Shown: piece by piece, positions 8,586 to 18,207 of the stretch
How positions within the stretch are numbered: the first letter of the stretch is position 1
How the letters are laid out: each line of letters opens with the position of its first letter
Source of the DNA: Verrucomicrobiia bacterium
Lineage (GTDB): Bacteria; Verrucomicrobiota; Verrucomicrobiia; Limisphaerales; UBA11358
Reading direction: 5' to 3'
NCBI GenBank assembly: GCA_036269115.1
Contig: DATAST010000262.1
Coordinates: 3,386 to 67,385, forward strand
DNA: 64,000 nucleotides
Position numbers and translations under genes: made by a program
Notes under the pieces: model-generated
Databases searched by the model: none
The model's input: only the letters and a program-made list of their open reading frames with translations
What the model was told of the DNA's origin: nothing

Positions 8586-9005
8586 TCAATTGGCTATAAT
8601 CAATTTCACGGCAGGGAAATATGTTTTTACCCGGTCCGGGTCGCGCGTTACCAGGGTCATTTTTTCTGCCTCTGCGTGCGCGCCTATCAGAAAATCACCA
8701 AGCGGAATCCGAGATAATGGCGCTTTACCTTCACGTTTCAAGCGTATGACATAAGTAAAATACGCCTTGGCGGCGGGAGCCGCCGATGAAATTGGCAAAG
8801 GCAATAATACCAGGCCCATTTTTTCCAGGTGCAACGGCAGTTGCTCTCGATCAACCGCTCGCACGCCTGCTTCCGCTACGACAATTGTGTTGACTGCCGC
8901 GCCACCGGTGTCGTTGGCATTTGCTATTTTTTCCTTAGCCCATTCGTGCCACGGGCTGTTAATGTCCCGCGCATCGACTATGACGCTCGTATCGAAGAGT
9001 GTCAT
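8586..9005 (-). CDS. vapC: PIN-domain toxin (VapC-like)
   Basis: It is 139 aa with the acidic PIN residues in LFDTSVIVD, and also FLIGAHA and TRD. It overlaps the upstream small gene by 4 nt. Confidence 0.8.
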   Translation of the reverse strand: MTLFDTSVIVDARDINSPWHEWAKEKIANANDTGGAAVNTIVVAEAGVRAVDREQLPLHLEKMGLVLLPLPISSAAPAAKAYFTYVIRLKREGKAPLSRIPLGDFLIGAHAEAEKMTLVTRDPDRVKTYFPAVKLIIAN

Positions 9006-9223
9006 CGAATTTCCTTTTTCAGATCATCCCAGGAAATCTCGAATCGTATTGGGCTCCTTTCTATTGCCTTCAGGATCTCCTCCCGCGTCATTCGCTTCTT
9101 TGGTTTCGGCGGCTCAACTCTACGGAGGACAATTAGATCGCGTGTTAACGTCTCAGCATGATAAACATCCTTAGGGTGAACAGCTGGAATTCTCAGACGC
9201 TTTTTTTCATCGGCTACAATCAT
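9002..9223 (-). CDS. antitoxin (AbrB/SpoVT-like) of the VapBC pair
   Basis: This roughly 73-aa ORF is translationally coupled to the PIN gene. The N-terminal KKRLRIP is a swapped-hairpin-like motif. Confidence 0.6.
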   Translation of the reverse strand: MIVADEKKRLRIPAVHPKDVYHAETLTRDLIVLRRVEPPKPKKRMTREEILKAIERSPIRFEISWDDLKKEIR

Positions 9224-9296
9224 AGTGGGAATTTCCCACCACAATGCGGGATGGTCAAGCTACTAATTTGATTCGCTGTACGAATATTTCTCGTCC

Positions 9297-10406
9297 TTAA
9301 CTCAATCGCATCGGCATGACGACGTAGAGAAACGGCCCATTGATTTTAAGCACTCCCGGGCTCAGTTCGTCGATCAACTCAAAAAACACTTCGTCTTCGG
9401 CCAGTGCGTTCAGGGCATCTATGAGGTAACGAGGATTAAACGCGATGGCCATTTCTTTTCCTTTGTAGTTCACCGCGAGTGATTCGCGGGCCTCACCGAC
9501 TTCAGGGGTGTTTGCTGTGATTGACAGGTTGTTTTTGCCAAAGCTGAGTTTCACTGAATTTGCCTTTTCACTGGTCATTATTTCAGCCCGGCGCAGCGCC
9601 TGCAAAAATTCCTCTCGAACGAGTGGAATCCGTTCTTTTGTTTCCGTCGGTATGACCTGCTTGTAATTCGGATAATTGCCCTCGATCAACTTGGTAATGA
9701 GCAATACGGAAAAGCCTTTCTCGTCTTTGAGCGCGAATGAAGCCTGGTTTTCGCCGAATTTGATTTCTGCTTCTCCTTTTTCCTGAAGCAACCTGTCCAA
9801 CTCTGTCACGGCCTTGGCCGGAACAATAAATTCGCCGCTGCTTTTCTCCGAGATATCGGCTTCCTCATCCGCCAGGGCAAGGCGCCGGCCGTCGGTCGCC
9901 ACCATTGTCATCTTGTTGTCTTTCAGGCTTAAGAAAATACCATTCAGGACATACCTCGACTCGTCCGTTGATACCGCAAATTTAGTTTTGCGCATCATCG
10001 CCTTGATGGTTTCCTGTTGGAGAGAAACCTTTTTGTCATCCTTAAACGTCGGAAGGGGAGGAAATTCATCGGCGCTCAAACCGTGAATTTTGTAATAGGA
10101 CGGCCCACAGCGGATCACTGTCACATTTTTTTCGTCAGTCTCCAGCTCGATTTCGTTCCCATTCAATTCCTTCACGATGCCGAAAAGCTTTTTGACCGGC
10201 ACGGTCGTTCCTCCGGCTTTGGTTACCTTGGCTTCGACTGCGCAAACCACTGAGACATCCAGGTCTGTAGCGGTAAACTCCACACGATCCTTTTCAGCGC
10301 GCAGCAAAACGTTCGAGAGGATCGGCAACGTTGTCCGACCGCCGACCACATTTTGCACCGCCTGGAGGCCCGTGAGAATCTGTTCCTTCGATATGGTAAG
10401 GTTCAT
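9297..10406 (-). CDS. dnaN: DNA polymerase III beta sliding clamp
   Basis: It is 369 aa with typical three-domain DnaN sequence (MNLTISKEQIL...LLRAEKDRVEFTATDL...). Confidence 0.92.
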   Translation of the reverse strand: MNLTISKEQILTGLQAVQNVVGGRTTLPILSNVLLRAEKDRVEFTATDLDVSVVCAVEAKVTKAGGTTVPVKKLFGIVKELNGNEIELETDEKNVTVIRCGPSYYKIHGLSADEFPPLPTFKDDKKVSLQQETIKAMMRKTKFAVSTDESRYVLNGIFLSLKDNKMTMVATDGRRLALADEEADISEKSSGEFIVPAKAVTELDRLLQEKGEAEIKFGENQASFALKDEKGFSVLLITKLIEGNYPNYKQVIPTETKERIPLVREEFLQALRRAEIMTSEKANSVKLSFGKNNLSITANTPEVGEARESLAVNYKGKEMAIAFNPRYLIDALNALAEDEVFFELIDELSPGVLKINGPFLYVVMPMRLS

Positions 10407-10632
10407 GTTCGGTTAATAGTAAATTCTTTTTCTAAAAACACTCTTATTATTAAGGGCTGTGAATAAAGCAAACAACCCCGCCTGTCAAGGCTGGCACAGC
10501 GTTTCTCGCCATGTCAGCCTCTGTGCAACTCAAGGTAAAGAATTGAGGAAAAATGAAAAGTTAAAGTTGTTCGCAAAATTCGCACGCAATTCACAGAGAA
10601 TTGGAAAACGATTCAGAGAGTTGTTGGTAAGG

Positions 10633-11784
10633 CTAATGGCGCCTTGAACGGGACCGTTGAATAATATCGGGAAGAGCAGCCGTTACATAGTCAACCTCTT
10701 CAGCAGAGGTTTCGCGACCGAGAGAAAAACGGACCAGAGAGTTGGCCAATTCGGCTTTTCCAACGGCTACGATAACGTGAGAGGGCTCCAGGGAGCCGGC
10801 CGAGCAAGCCGAGCCGCTGGAAGCACAGATACCTTCAACATCCAAACCCGCCAAAAGTGCTATGCTGTCGGAGCCGTTAACAGTAAAGGCGATAGTATTA
10901 GCGAGACAGCCTTGGCGAGGACTAACGATTTCGCAGCCGTCTATGGCAGCGACGCAGGAATACAATCGACCGACGAAGGGTTGCAAAAGAGAACCGTTAA
11001 AAACAGGGTTTTTAACAAATTTTTCCAACGCGGTGACGAGGCCCATCACAGCTGTGAGATTCTCTGTACCGGCGCGACGTTCATTTTCATGACTGCCGCC
11101 GAGCAAGAGCGGATCCGGATGGAGCGGGGATCTGACCCAGAGAAGCCCGGCGCCTTTCGGCCCGTGAAACTTGTGGGCACAGACGGAAACAAGATCAGCG
11201 TTAAATTGAGCGAGATTCTCAAACGGTTGCTTTCCGAACCATTGAACGGCATCGGTGTGAAAGGTTATACCGCGTCGTCGACAAATGCCGCCCAGCTCGG
11301 AAACAGGCTGAATCGTGCCAATTTCATTGTTGGCCGCCATGACAGATACCAGGACAGTATCCGGCCGAAGGGCGCGTTCCAAATCGACCGGGGAAACGCG
11401 GCCCGCCGAGTCCACAGGCAGGCGCGATACTTCGAATCCTTCACGAGTCTCAAGAAAATCGAAACAATTGAGCACAGCGTGATGTTCAACGGTGGACGTG
11501 ATCAAGTGTTTACCCCGCGATTTCATCAGGCGGGCGGTTCCGAGAACGGCGAGATTATTGGATTCAGTGCCGCCGCTGGTAAAAATGATTTCGCTGGGCT
11601 TGACCCCGAGAAAGCGAGCGGCCCTGTCACGAGCGTCGTCCAAAAGCGCCCTGGCTCGCCGGCCAATGTGATGAACGCTCGAGGGGTTGCCCCAAATTTC
11701 GCCCAAAAACGGCAGCATCGCCTCGCGCACCGCTGGATCCAGCGGCGTGGTCGCATTGTAATCGAAATAAATTGAGCGCGGCAT
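10633..11784 (-). CDS. cysteine desulfurase (NifS/IscS class V aminotransferase)
   Basis: It has the PLP-lysine motif HKFHGPKG and the active-site loop SSGSACS. Confidence 0.88.
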   Translation of the reverse strand: MPRSIYFDYNATTPLDPAVREAMLPFLGEIWGNPSSVHHIGRRARALLDDARDRAARFLGVKPSEIIFTSGGTESNNLAVLGTARLMKSRGKHLITSTVEHHAVLNCFDFLETREGFEVSRLPVDSAGRVSPVDLERALRPDTVLVSVMAANNEIGTIQPVSELGGICRRRGITFHTDAVQWFGKQPFENLAQFNADLVSVCAHKFHGPKGAGLLWVRSPLHPDPLLLGGSHENERRAGTENLTAVMGLVTALEKFVKNPVFNGSLLQPFVGRLYSCVAAIDGCEIVSPRQGCLANTIAFTVNGSDSIALLAGLDVEGICASSGSACSAGSLEPSHVIVAVGKAELANSLVRFSLGRETSAEEVDYVTAALPDIIQRSRSRRH

Positions 11785-11881
11785 AGGCGGATTTCGCCAA
11801 AAGCCCCATTGACGAGGGCATTAAATTGTAGCAGTGAACGTGAATCCGCTCTAATCTAATTTCAGGCGAATTCGCATAATC

Positions 11882-12499
11882 ATGGAAACCAAAGTAAAAA
11901 TCTGCGGTATCACCAATCCCGCCGACGCGAAGGCTGCCGTCGACGCGGGTGCGGATGCCCTAGGCTTTATCTTTTACGAGAAGAGCCCGCGGTATGTTCG
12001 ATTAGCGGACGCGGCGGCGATTTCGAAAGGATTGGCGCCATTTATCATGCGGGCAGGTGTATTCGTAAACGCGCCTGAAGAATTTGTGCTCTCTGCCATC
12101 AGGGAATGCGGGCTCACGTTGTTGCAGTTTCACGGGGACGAGGCGCCGGAATATTGCGCGCAGTTTGGACTGATGACCATGAAAGCGTTCCGCGTCCACG
12201 GCGCGGATACGCTGGAACAAATTCCACAATATGCGACCGACGCCTATTTGCTGGACGCCTATTCTTCAACCACATTGGGCGGCACCGGAGAAAGGTTCAA
12301 CTGGGACCTGGCCGTCGAGGCGCACAAATTCGGCAAACCCATCTTTCTGGCCGGCGGCCTGACTCCGGAAAACGTAGCCGGCGCCATTCGAAAAGTACGG
12401 CCGTTTGGAGTGGACGTTTCCAGCGGCGTGGAATCAGGGCCCGGGAAAAAAGACCATGAAAAAATCAGGGCGTTTATCACCGCAGCCCGAACGGTATGA
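11882..12499 (+). CDS. trpF: phosphoribosylanthranilate isomerase
   Basis: It is 205 aa with the motifs KICGIT, ADALGFIF and GGTG..FDW-like. Confidence 0.88.
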   Translation: METKVKICGITNPADAKAAVDAGADALGFIFYEKSPRYVRLADAAAISKGLAPFIMRAGVFVNAPEEFVLSAIRECGLTLLQFHGDEAPEYCAQFGLMTMKAFRVHGADTLEQIPQYATDAYLLDAYSSTTLGGTGERFNWDLAVEAHKFGKPIFLAGGLTPENVAGAIRKVRPFGVDVSSGVESGPGKKDHEKIRAFITAARTV

Positions 12500-13068
12500 A
12501 AAACGATAAACACCGATGCCCGTGGCCAACGGATGAAATGTATATCCGCTACCACGACGAGGAATGGGGCGTACCCGTCCATGACGACCGGTTATTGTTT
12601 GAGTTTCTCATCCTGGAAGGAGCGCAGGCCGGCCTGAGCTGGCGGACGGTTTTGAACAAGCGCGAAAACTATCGGAAAGCATTCGATCAGTTCGACGCTG
12701 AGAAAATCGCCCGGTACAATCAGGCGAAAAGAGAAAAGCTGATGAACGACGCGGGAATCATCCGAAATCGGTTGAAAATTGAATCTGCGATTCAGAATGC
12801 CAGGGCGTTCCTAAAAGTGAGGGATGAATTCGGCAGTTTCGACGCGTACCAATGGCAATTTGTGGAGGGCAAGCCCATCATCAACCATCACAAAAGCATG
12901 AAAGACGTCCCGGCGCATACGAAAATTTCCGACGCCATGAGCAAGGACCTGCTTAAGCGCGGATTTAAATTTGTGGGTTCGACGATTTGTTACGCGCACA
13001 TGCAGGCGGTGGGGATGGTGAATGACCATTTAGTAAGCTGCTTCAGGCATCGGGAACTATTGAAATAA
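12496..13068 (+). CDS. tag: DNA-3-methyladenine glycosylase I
   Basis: It has CPW...[31 protein letters not shown]. It overlaps the trpF stop by 4 nt. Confidence 0.88.
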   Translation: MKNDKHRCPWPTDEMYIRYHDEEWGVPVHDDRLLFEFLILEGAQAGLSWRTVLNKRENYRKAFDQFDAEKIARYNQAKREKLMNDAGIIRNRLKIESAIQNARAFLKVRDEFGSFDAYQWQFVEGKPIINHHKSMKDVPAHTKISDAMSKDLLKRGFKFVGSTICYAHMQAVGMVNDHLVSCFRHRELLK

Positions 13069-13106
13069 GACTTTGCGCCTTCGCACCTTTGCGCGAAAAT
13101 AGGCTT

Positions 13107-14321
13107 ATGAGTTCAATTGCCGCGGAAACATTGCCGGATGCGCAGGGTCATTTTGGTCCCTATGGCGGGCGGTTCGTGCCCGAAACGTTGATGCATCCAT
13201 TGATGGAATTGGAGGAGGAATATTTCCGCGCGCAACAGGACCCGGAATTTCAGCGCGAGCTTTCGTATTACCTCACAGAGTTTGTTGGACGCCCGACGCC
13301 GCTGTATTTTGCCGAGCGCCTGACGCGCGACCTGGGCGGCGCGAAAATATATCTTAAGCGCGAAGATCTGAATCATACCGGCGCCCATAAAATCAACAAT
13401 GCGATGGGCCAAATCCTCCTGGCCAAACGGATGGGCAAAACGCGCATTATCGCCGAAACTGGAGCCGGCCAGCACGGCGTGGCCACGGCCACAGTCGCTG
13501 CGATGTTTGGCTTGAAGTGCGTGATTTATATGGGCGCGGTGGATTGTCGAAGGCAGGAGCTGAACGTGTATCGCATGAAAATGCTCGGCGCGGAAGTTGT
13601 GCCCGTCCAGGCCGGTCAAAAGACGCTCAAGGAAGCAGTCAATGAAGCGATGCGCGATTGGGTCACGAACGTTCGCAGCACTCATTATATTCTCGGGACA
13701 GCCTACGGCGCGCATCCGTACCCCGTGATGGTCCGCAATTTTCAACGCGTGATTGGAGACGAGGCGCGGGCGCAAATTCTGGAAAAGGAGGAATGCCTGC
13801 CGGATTTGCTGATTGCCTGCGTGGGTGGCGGGTCAAACGCCATCGGGTTGTTTTATCCATTCCTCGAGGACAAGCCTGTGAAGATGGTGGGAGTGGAAGC
13901 CGGCGGCCTGGGGATCAAACCGGAGCGTCATGCGGCGCGGTTTCAGGGCGGTTCGCTCGGTGTCTTGCAAGGCACTCGCAGTTACATTTTGCAGGATAAA
14001 CACGGCCAGATTCAGCTCACGCACAGCGTTAGCGCGGGCCTGGATTACGCTGCCGTGGGCCCGGAACACGCATTCCTGCGCGACGAAAACCGCGTGGAAT
14101 ACACCTATGCTACCGATGACGACGCTCTCAAGGCCTTCATGAAACTGGCGCGGCTGGAAGGAATCATACCGGCCTTGGAAAGCTCCCACGCCGTGGCTGA
14201 AGTTATCAAGCGCGCTCCGAAGATGAAGAAGGATTCGCTCATTATCGTGAACCTTTCAGGGCGCGGCGATAAGGACGTGGCCCAGGCAGCGGAGAAGCTT
14301 AAGTTGCAAATGCCGGAGTGA
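13107..14321 (+). CDS. trpB: tryptophan synthase beta chain
   Basis: It has [15 protein letters not shown], the PLP-lysine segment HTGAHKINN and GGGSNAIG. Confidence 0.93.
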   Translation: MSSIAAETLPDAQGHFGPYGGRFVPETLMHPLMELEEEYFRAQQDPEFQRELSYYLTEFVGRPTPLYFAERLTRDLGGAKIYLKREDLNHTGAHKINNAMGQILLAKRMGKTRIIAETGAGQHGVATATVAAMFGLKCVIYMGAVDCRRQELNVYRMKMLGAEVVPVQAGQKTLKEAVNEAMRDWVTNVRSTHYILGTAYGAHPYPVMVRNFQRVIGDEARAQILEKEECLPDLLIACVGGGSNAIGLFYPFLEDKPVKMVGVEAGGLGIKPERHAARFQGGSLGVLQGTRSYILQDKHGQIQLTHSVSAGLDYAAVGPEHAFLRDENRVEYTYATDDDALKAFMKLARLEGIIPALESSHAVAEVIKRAPKMKKDSLIIVNLSGRGDKDVAQAAEKLKLQMPE

Positions 14322-14689
14322 AGGTGAAATCAACATTCGCCTTTCGCCTTTCCGCCCTAATGGGCTTTCTCGCTGTGGCTTTGGGAGCGTTCGGCGCACA
14401 CGGCATGAAGGCAATTCTTGCTCAGAATGGCACCACAGCGATTTGGGAAAAGGCGGCATTTTATCATTTTATCCACGCGGTCATGCTCTTTGTTGTGGCG
14501 GGCCGAAAACCGTTTCAAGCCGGACCGTGGTGGTGTTTCCTGGCTGGCATATTTTTCTTCTCTGGTTCGCTGTATTTGCTGGCGGCTACGAATGTTCTTT
14601 GGCTCGGCGCGGTTACGCCTATAGGTGGTGTATGCTTCCTGGCCGGGTGGGCGTGGCTGTTTTTCAAGCCTGGGGTGCCGAAGGATTGA
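14318..14689 (+). CDS. DUF423 membrane protein
   Basis: It has four TM segments and the GAFGAHG motif. Its GTG start overlaps the trpB stop. Confidence 0.75.
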   Translation: MKVKSTFAFRLSALMGFLAVALGAFGAHGMKAILAQNGTTAIWEKAAFYHFIHAVMLFVVAGRKPFQAGPWWCFLAGIFFFSGSLYLLAATNVLWLGAVTPIGGVCFLAGWAWLFFKPGVPKD

Positions 14690-14728
14690 AGCTTGAAAAT
14701 GCGGTCTTCACAGATAGGCTGTAACTGA

Positions 14729-16669
14729 TTGATTCAGGAAAACCATTTCTTACCAGCGGCGGCTGCCAGGGCTTTGAGACTGGGGCGGGTGTTTTTCGCA
14801 CTTTATTTGACGGTTTTGGCCATTCAGAAAGGTAGTGCGCAAACATCGAATGAAGTCGAAACGGCCTCCACAAAGCATGTGTTGATGATATTCAGCGAGG
14901 CCAGGGACTTGCCCGGAAACGTATTGATGGAACAGGGCGTCAAGCAGGAACTGCTGGCGGGCTCGACCGACAACGTTGAATTCTTCACCGAAAGTCTCGA
15001 CACCAGCCGATTTCCCAATCCTGAATATTTTCAAATTTTTGGAGATTATATCCGGAACAAATATTCGGGACAGAAATTGGACCTGGTCATGATGTTCATG
15101 GCCCGGAACCTCGCGCTGGCCCGCGCCATGAATACGGCCCTGGCGACCAATATACCTTCAGTCTACGTGGAACTGAATGACCTGGATGATTCGCTTTCGT
15201 CGACCGGCCGGCCTTACACCGGGATATTTCAATGGCCCGATATTCGGGGAACGTTGAAATTCATCTTCCGGTTGCAGCCTGAGACGCGCCGGGTTGTCGT
15301 CATGGGTGGCGTATCTGCGAACGACCAGAAGACATTAGGACAAATCGCGGACGTGGCGCGAACCGTGGACGGCATAAAATTCGAATTTTGGACGAATCAG
15401 CCCGTGGACGAGTTGTGCCGGACTGCGCATAAACTGAGCGCAGGCACGGTCATCATGCTGGCCGCCTGGCAGCGTGACGCGGCGGGCCAGCCCTTTAATA
15501 CGATCGAAGTAGCCCAATTGCTGGCGCCACGGGCAGGCGTGCCGATCTATGTGTTGGGCGAGGGTTCCATCGGCACCGGCGCGCTGGGAGGAAGTGTGGT
15601 GAATTTCGACGCACTTGGGGAAGAAGCGGGCAAGCTGGCCTTGTCCGCGCTGAACGGCAAGCCTGTGAGCCAAATCCCGATTGAAGTGCGGACCAATGGG
15701 ACGCCGATGGTGGATTGGCGGGTGTTGGAGAAATGGCACATCAAGCAAAGCCGATTGCCAGTGGGTTGCGAGATACGTTACCAGCCTCAATCGTTGTGGG
15801 AAGAGCATAAAAAATTAATCGTGTTCGTAGGGGCAGGTCTGCTCGCCCAGGCCATCACGATTGTAGCGCTGCTGATTCAACGCAGGCGGCATCGCCGGGT
15901 CCAGGCGCAGGTCGAACGGCAGCGCACTGAGCTGGCCCACGTCTCACGGGTGTCAACCATGGGCCAGCTCGCTTCGGCTCTCACTCACGAACTCAACCAG
16001 CCGCTGGGCGCAATTTTGAGAAATGCCGAAGCCGCGGAACTTTTTCTCCAGAGCACCCCCCCGAATTTTGAAGAAGTGCGCGCGATCCTTACCGACATCC
16101 GGAGAGACGATAAACGCGCGGGAAACGTGATTGACCGGATGCGATCCCTTTATCAGCGCCGAAGCCTGGTGCTGGGTCCGCTGGACTTGAGCGACCTGGT
16201 CACAGACACCGTGGCCCTGACGCAGACCGATGCGGCGGCCCGGCACGTGAAAGTGAACGCGGAACTGCCGCAACAGTTGCCCTCGGCGCACGGTGATCGC
16301 GTGCATCTGCAACAGGTGTTGTTGAACCTCATTCTGAACGGAATGGATGCGATGACTGCAGTGCCGAAAGCCCGGCGAGTGCTGACCATCCGGGTGTCGG
16401 AAACAAAAAACGGAAATCTCCGGGTGGCCGTAATTGATCACGGTACCGGGATAGCGCCAGAGGACGCAGTCCGCGTTTTTGAGCCTTTTTTCACAACAAA
16501 AATGAACGGCATGGGCATGGGGCTGGCGATTTCACAGACGATCATCGAGGCGCATGGAGGGGATATCTGGGTAGAGAGCAAAGGGACCGACGGGACGACG
16601 TTTACATTTATTCTGCCGCCGACGGGGCGGCCCAGGGTTAAAGATGGCGACTTGCCGGAAAACATTTGA
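14729..16669 (+). CDS. sensor histidine kinase with a periplasmic ABC-substrate-binding-like domain
   Basis: It has an N-terminal signal/TM, a roughly 300-aa periplasmic domain, a TM, the H-box THELNQPLGAI and a HATPase region (GMGMGLAISQTIIEAHGG). The start codon is uncertain (TTG). Confidence 0.85.
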   Translation: MIQENHFLPAAAARALRLGRVFFALYLTVLAIQKGSAQTSNEVETASTKHVLMIFSEARDLPGNVLMEQGVKQELLAGSTDNVEFFTESLDTSRFPNPEYFQIFGDYIRNKYSGQKLDLVMMFMARNLALARAMNTALATNIPSVYVELNDLDDSLSSTGRPYTGIFQWPDIRGTLKFIFRLQPETRRVVVMGGVSANDQKTLGQIADVARTVDGIKFEFWTNQPVDELCRTAHKLSAGTVIMLAAWQRDAAGQPFNTIEVAQLLAPRAGVPIYVLGEGSIGTGALGGSVVNFDALGEEAGKLALSALNGKPVSQIPIEVRTNGTPMVDWRVLEKWHIKQSRLPVGCEIRYQPQSLWEEHKKLIVFVGAGLLAQAITIVALLIQRRRHRRVQAQVERQRTELAHVSRVSTMGQLASALTHELNQPLGAILRNAEAAELFLQSTPPNFEEVRAILTDIRRDDKRAGNVIDRMRSLYQRRSLVLGPLDLSDLVTDTVALTQTDAAARHVKVNAELPQQLPSAHGDRVHLQQVLLNLILNGMDAMTAVPKARRVLTIRVSETKNGNLRVAVIDHGTGIAPEDAVRVFEPFFTTKMNGMGMGLAISQTIIEAHGGDIWVESKGTDGTTFTFILPPTGRPRVKDGDLPENI

Positions 16670-16688
16670 GGCGTAGAATTTGATTGCG

Positions 16689-17363
16689 ATGCCTACCACA
16701 CCCCGCGACTCAGCCGCTGTATTTGTCATCGATGACGATGCGTCTTTTCTAAAGTCGGTATCCCGGCTTCTGAGTGCCGTTGGCTACCGGGTCCAGTCAT
16801 TTGGTTCGGCGGAGACGTTTCTGGGCCAGCTTTCGGCTGAAATGGCGGGTTGCATCGTGGCCGATTTGCAAATGCCCGGGATGGACGGGTTAAAGCTGCA
16901 GCAGGCGCTGGCGAAAACAAGCAATCCGCTACCCATTATTTTTCTGACCGGCCAGGGCGACATCCCGACGTCTGTCAGCGCGATGCGCAGCGGCGCCGAG
17001 GATTTTCTGACCAAGCGCGCCCCCAAAGAAGATTTGATGGCGGCGATCGAACGGGCGTTGGAACGCGACCGGGTGGAGCGGCAGGAACGCGGTCGCATGA
17101 AAGATTTGCGCCATCGCTTTGACGATCTGAGCGAGCGCGAACTGGAAGTCCTGGGCCACGTTGTGCGAGGCAAGATGAACAAGGAAATCGCCGCTGACCT
17201 GAACATCAATGAACGGACCGTCAAGCTGCACCGAACCAATATTACCAGGAAATTAAGGGTGCACTCCGTCGCAGAACTGACGCGTCTGGCCGACGAGGCG
17301 AGGCTTTTTCAACAGGCTGGTAGCCGCTCACAGCAATCCGGAGGCCCGGGAGACCTGCCCTAA
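16689..17363 (+). CDS. response regulator, REC + LuxR/FixJ-type HTH
   Basis: It has the receiver motifs VIDDD and ADLQMPGMDG, and a C-terminal ERELEVL...NKEIA...TVKLHR. Confidence 0.88.
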   Translation: MPTTPRDSAAVFVIDDDASFLKSVSRLLSAVGYRVQSFGSAETFLGQLSAEMAGCIVADLQMPGMDGLKLQQALAKTSNPLPIIFLTGQGDIPTSVSAMRSGAEDFLTKRAPKEDLMAAIERALERDRVERQERGRMKDLRHRFDDLSERELEVLGHVVRGKMNKEIAADLNINERTVKLHRTNITRKLRVHSVAELTRLADEARLFQQAGSRSQQSGGPGDLP

Positions 17364-17435
17364 AGGGCAGTGGTTAAAGACACTTGCTTCAGGTAATGTT
17401 GTTGCTGCCGTCCGTCCAATGGCGTTGCTTCCGGT

Positions 17436-17927
17436 ATGCTCAACTCTCAACTGGAAGGCGGACGGCAATTTCTTCCCCTTTGGGCAGTTGTTCAATTCAT
17501 TGCGCGTCCATATGTTGGTGCAATGACGAATAGCGTTACAGTTCAGAAGGCAGATCGATCTTCAGAAAGTACTGAACTCGTGACCTGTAAATGCCCCGCT
17601 TGCGGAATGTTTTCCTGGCACAAGAGCCAATCCACAGAACGGAGGGTTTGCCCTTTCTGCTCCAGCTCCCAGCCAGATTATTTAACAAAAATCGTCGGTG
17701 AATCTGTGACGAAGTGCGAGAGACCCAATGGAGAAATCCGGTTCTTTTCCGCCACGCAGGATTCGGGACACGCGGGTGAATGCGATCATGTCTCGCCGTT
17801 TGTACTGGAGTTTTTCATGGTCCAGGGAAGCGGATTCCGCTGCATGGCCTACCGCAACCAGGATGGCAAATGGCGTGGAGCTTTTGACGACGAGGTATTG
17901 CCCGGCGCGATCCGCGTTCTAGCATAA
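17436..17927 (+). CDS. hypothetical protein with a CPxC...CPxC zinc-ribbon-like motif
   Basis: CPACG and CPFC are 21 aa apart. No family is recognised. An alternative ATG lies at 17523. Confidence 0.4.
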   Translation: MLNSQLEGGRQFLPLWAVVQFIARPYVGAMTNSVTVQKADRSSESTELVTCKCPACGMFSWHKSQSTERRVCPFCSSSQPDYLTKIVGESVTKCERPNGEIRFFSATQDSGHAGECDHVSPFVLEFFMVQGSGFRCMAYRNQDGKWRGAFDDEVLPGAIRVLA

Positions 17928-17974
17928 ACTTTTCAATTCAACGGATGTCGGTGACGTTTGCACCAAATCAGAAA

Positions 17975-18000
17975 GAGGCCGGACCGCTAGGTCCGGCCTC
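17975..18000. terminator. strong hairpin, probable terminator (U-run on the minus-strand side)
   Basis: GAGGCCGGACC-GCTA-GGTCCGGCCTC forms an 11-bp stem. On the minus strand it is followed by TTTCTGATTT. It lies between convergent genes. Confidence 0.6.
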
Positions 18001-18207
18001 TCATAGTGATGAGGTTTATACGCCGTCACTCCGGCGCTCAGAAGGGCGACATGGCCTGTTTTGGGGGTCGCTGTCCCGGCCACGCCGCGAGCAAAACCTC
18101 TCTGCCAACCCTAAACGGACAGCGAAATTCAAACATCTACCTAATAGACCGTTCAGGGATTAAAACCGAATGAACGGCATATTAAAAATTGTTCACAATT
18201 TTTTCCG

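Noticed and set aside
10407-10632. Possible oriC upstream of dnaN (AT-rich, TGTGAATAA at 10458-10466)
   Set aside because: There is only one near-consensus DnaA box (one mismatch), no cluster, no adjacent dnaA gene and no obvious DUE. The evidence is insufficient.
10657-11775. 372-aa plus-strand ORF
   Set aside because: It is exactly antisense to the well-supported NifS-like gene and its composition is low-complexity (R/G/A-rich), so it is a shadow ORF. The same reasoning applies to 22653-23405 (antisense to tig), 34633-35403 (antisense to the giant GH2 gene), 44671-45492, 38615-39265, 20406-21083 and 13113-13775.
17933-17939. ATTCAAC (an RYYYAAC match) right after the zinc-ribbon ORF
   Set aside because: There is no GTTRRRY partner or complementary arm downstream. 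The nearby hairpin at 17975-18000 is a simple terminator-type stem-loop.
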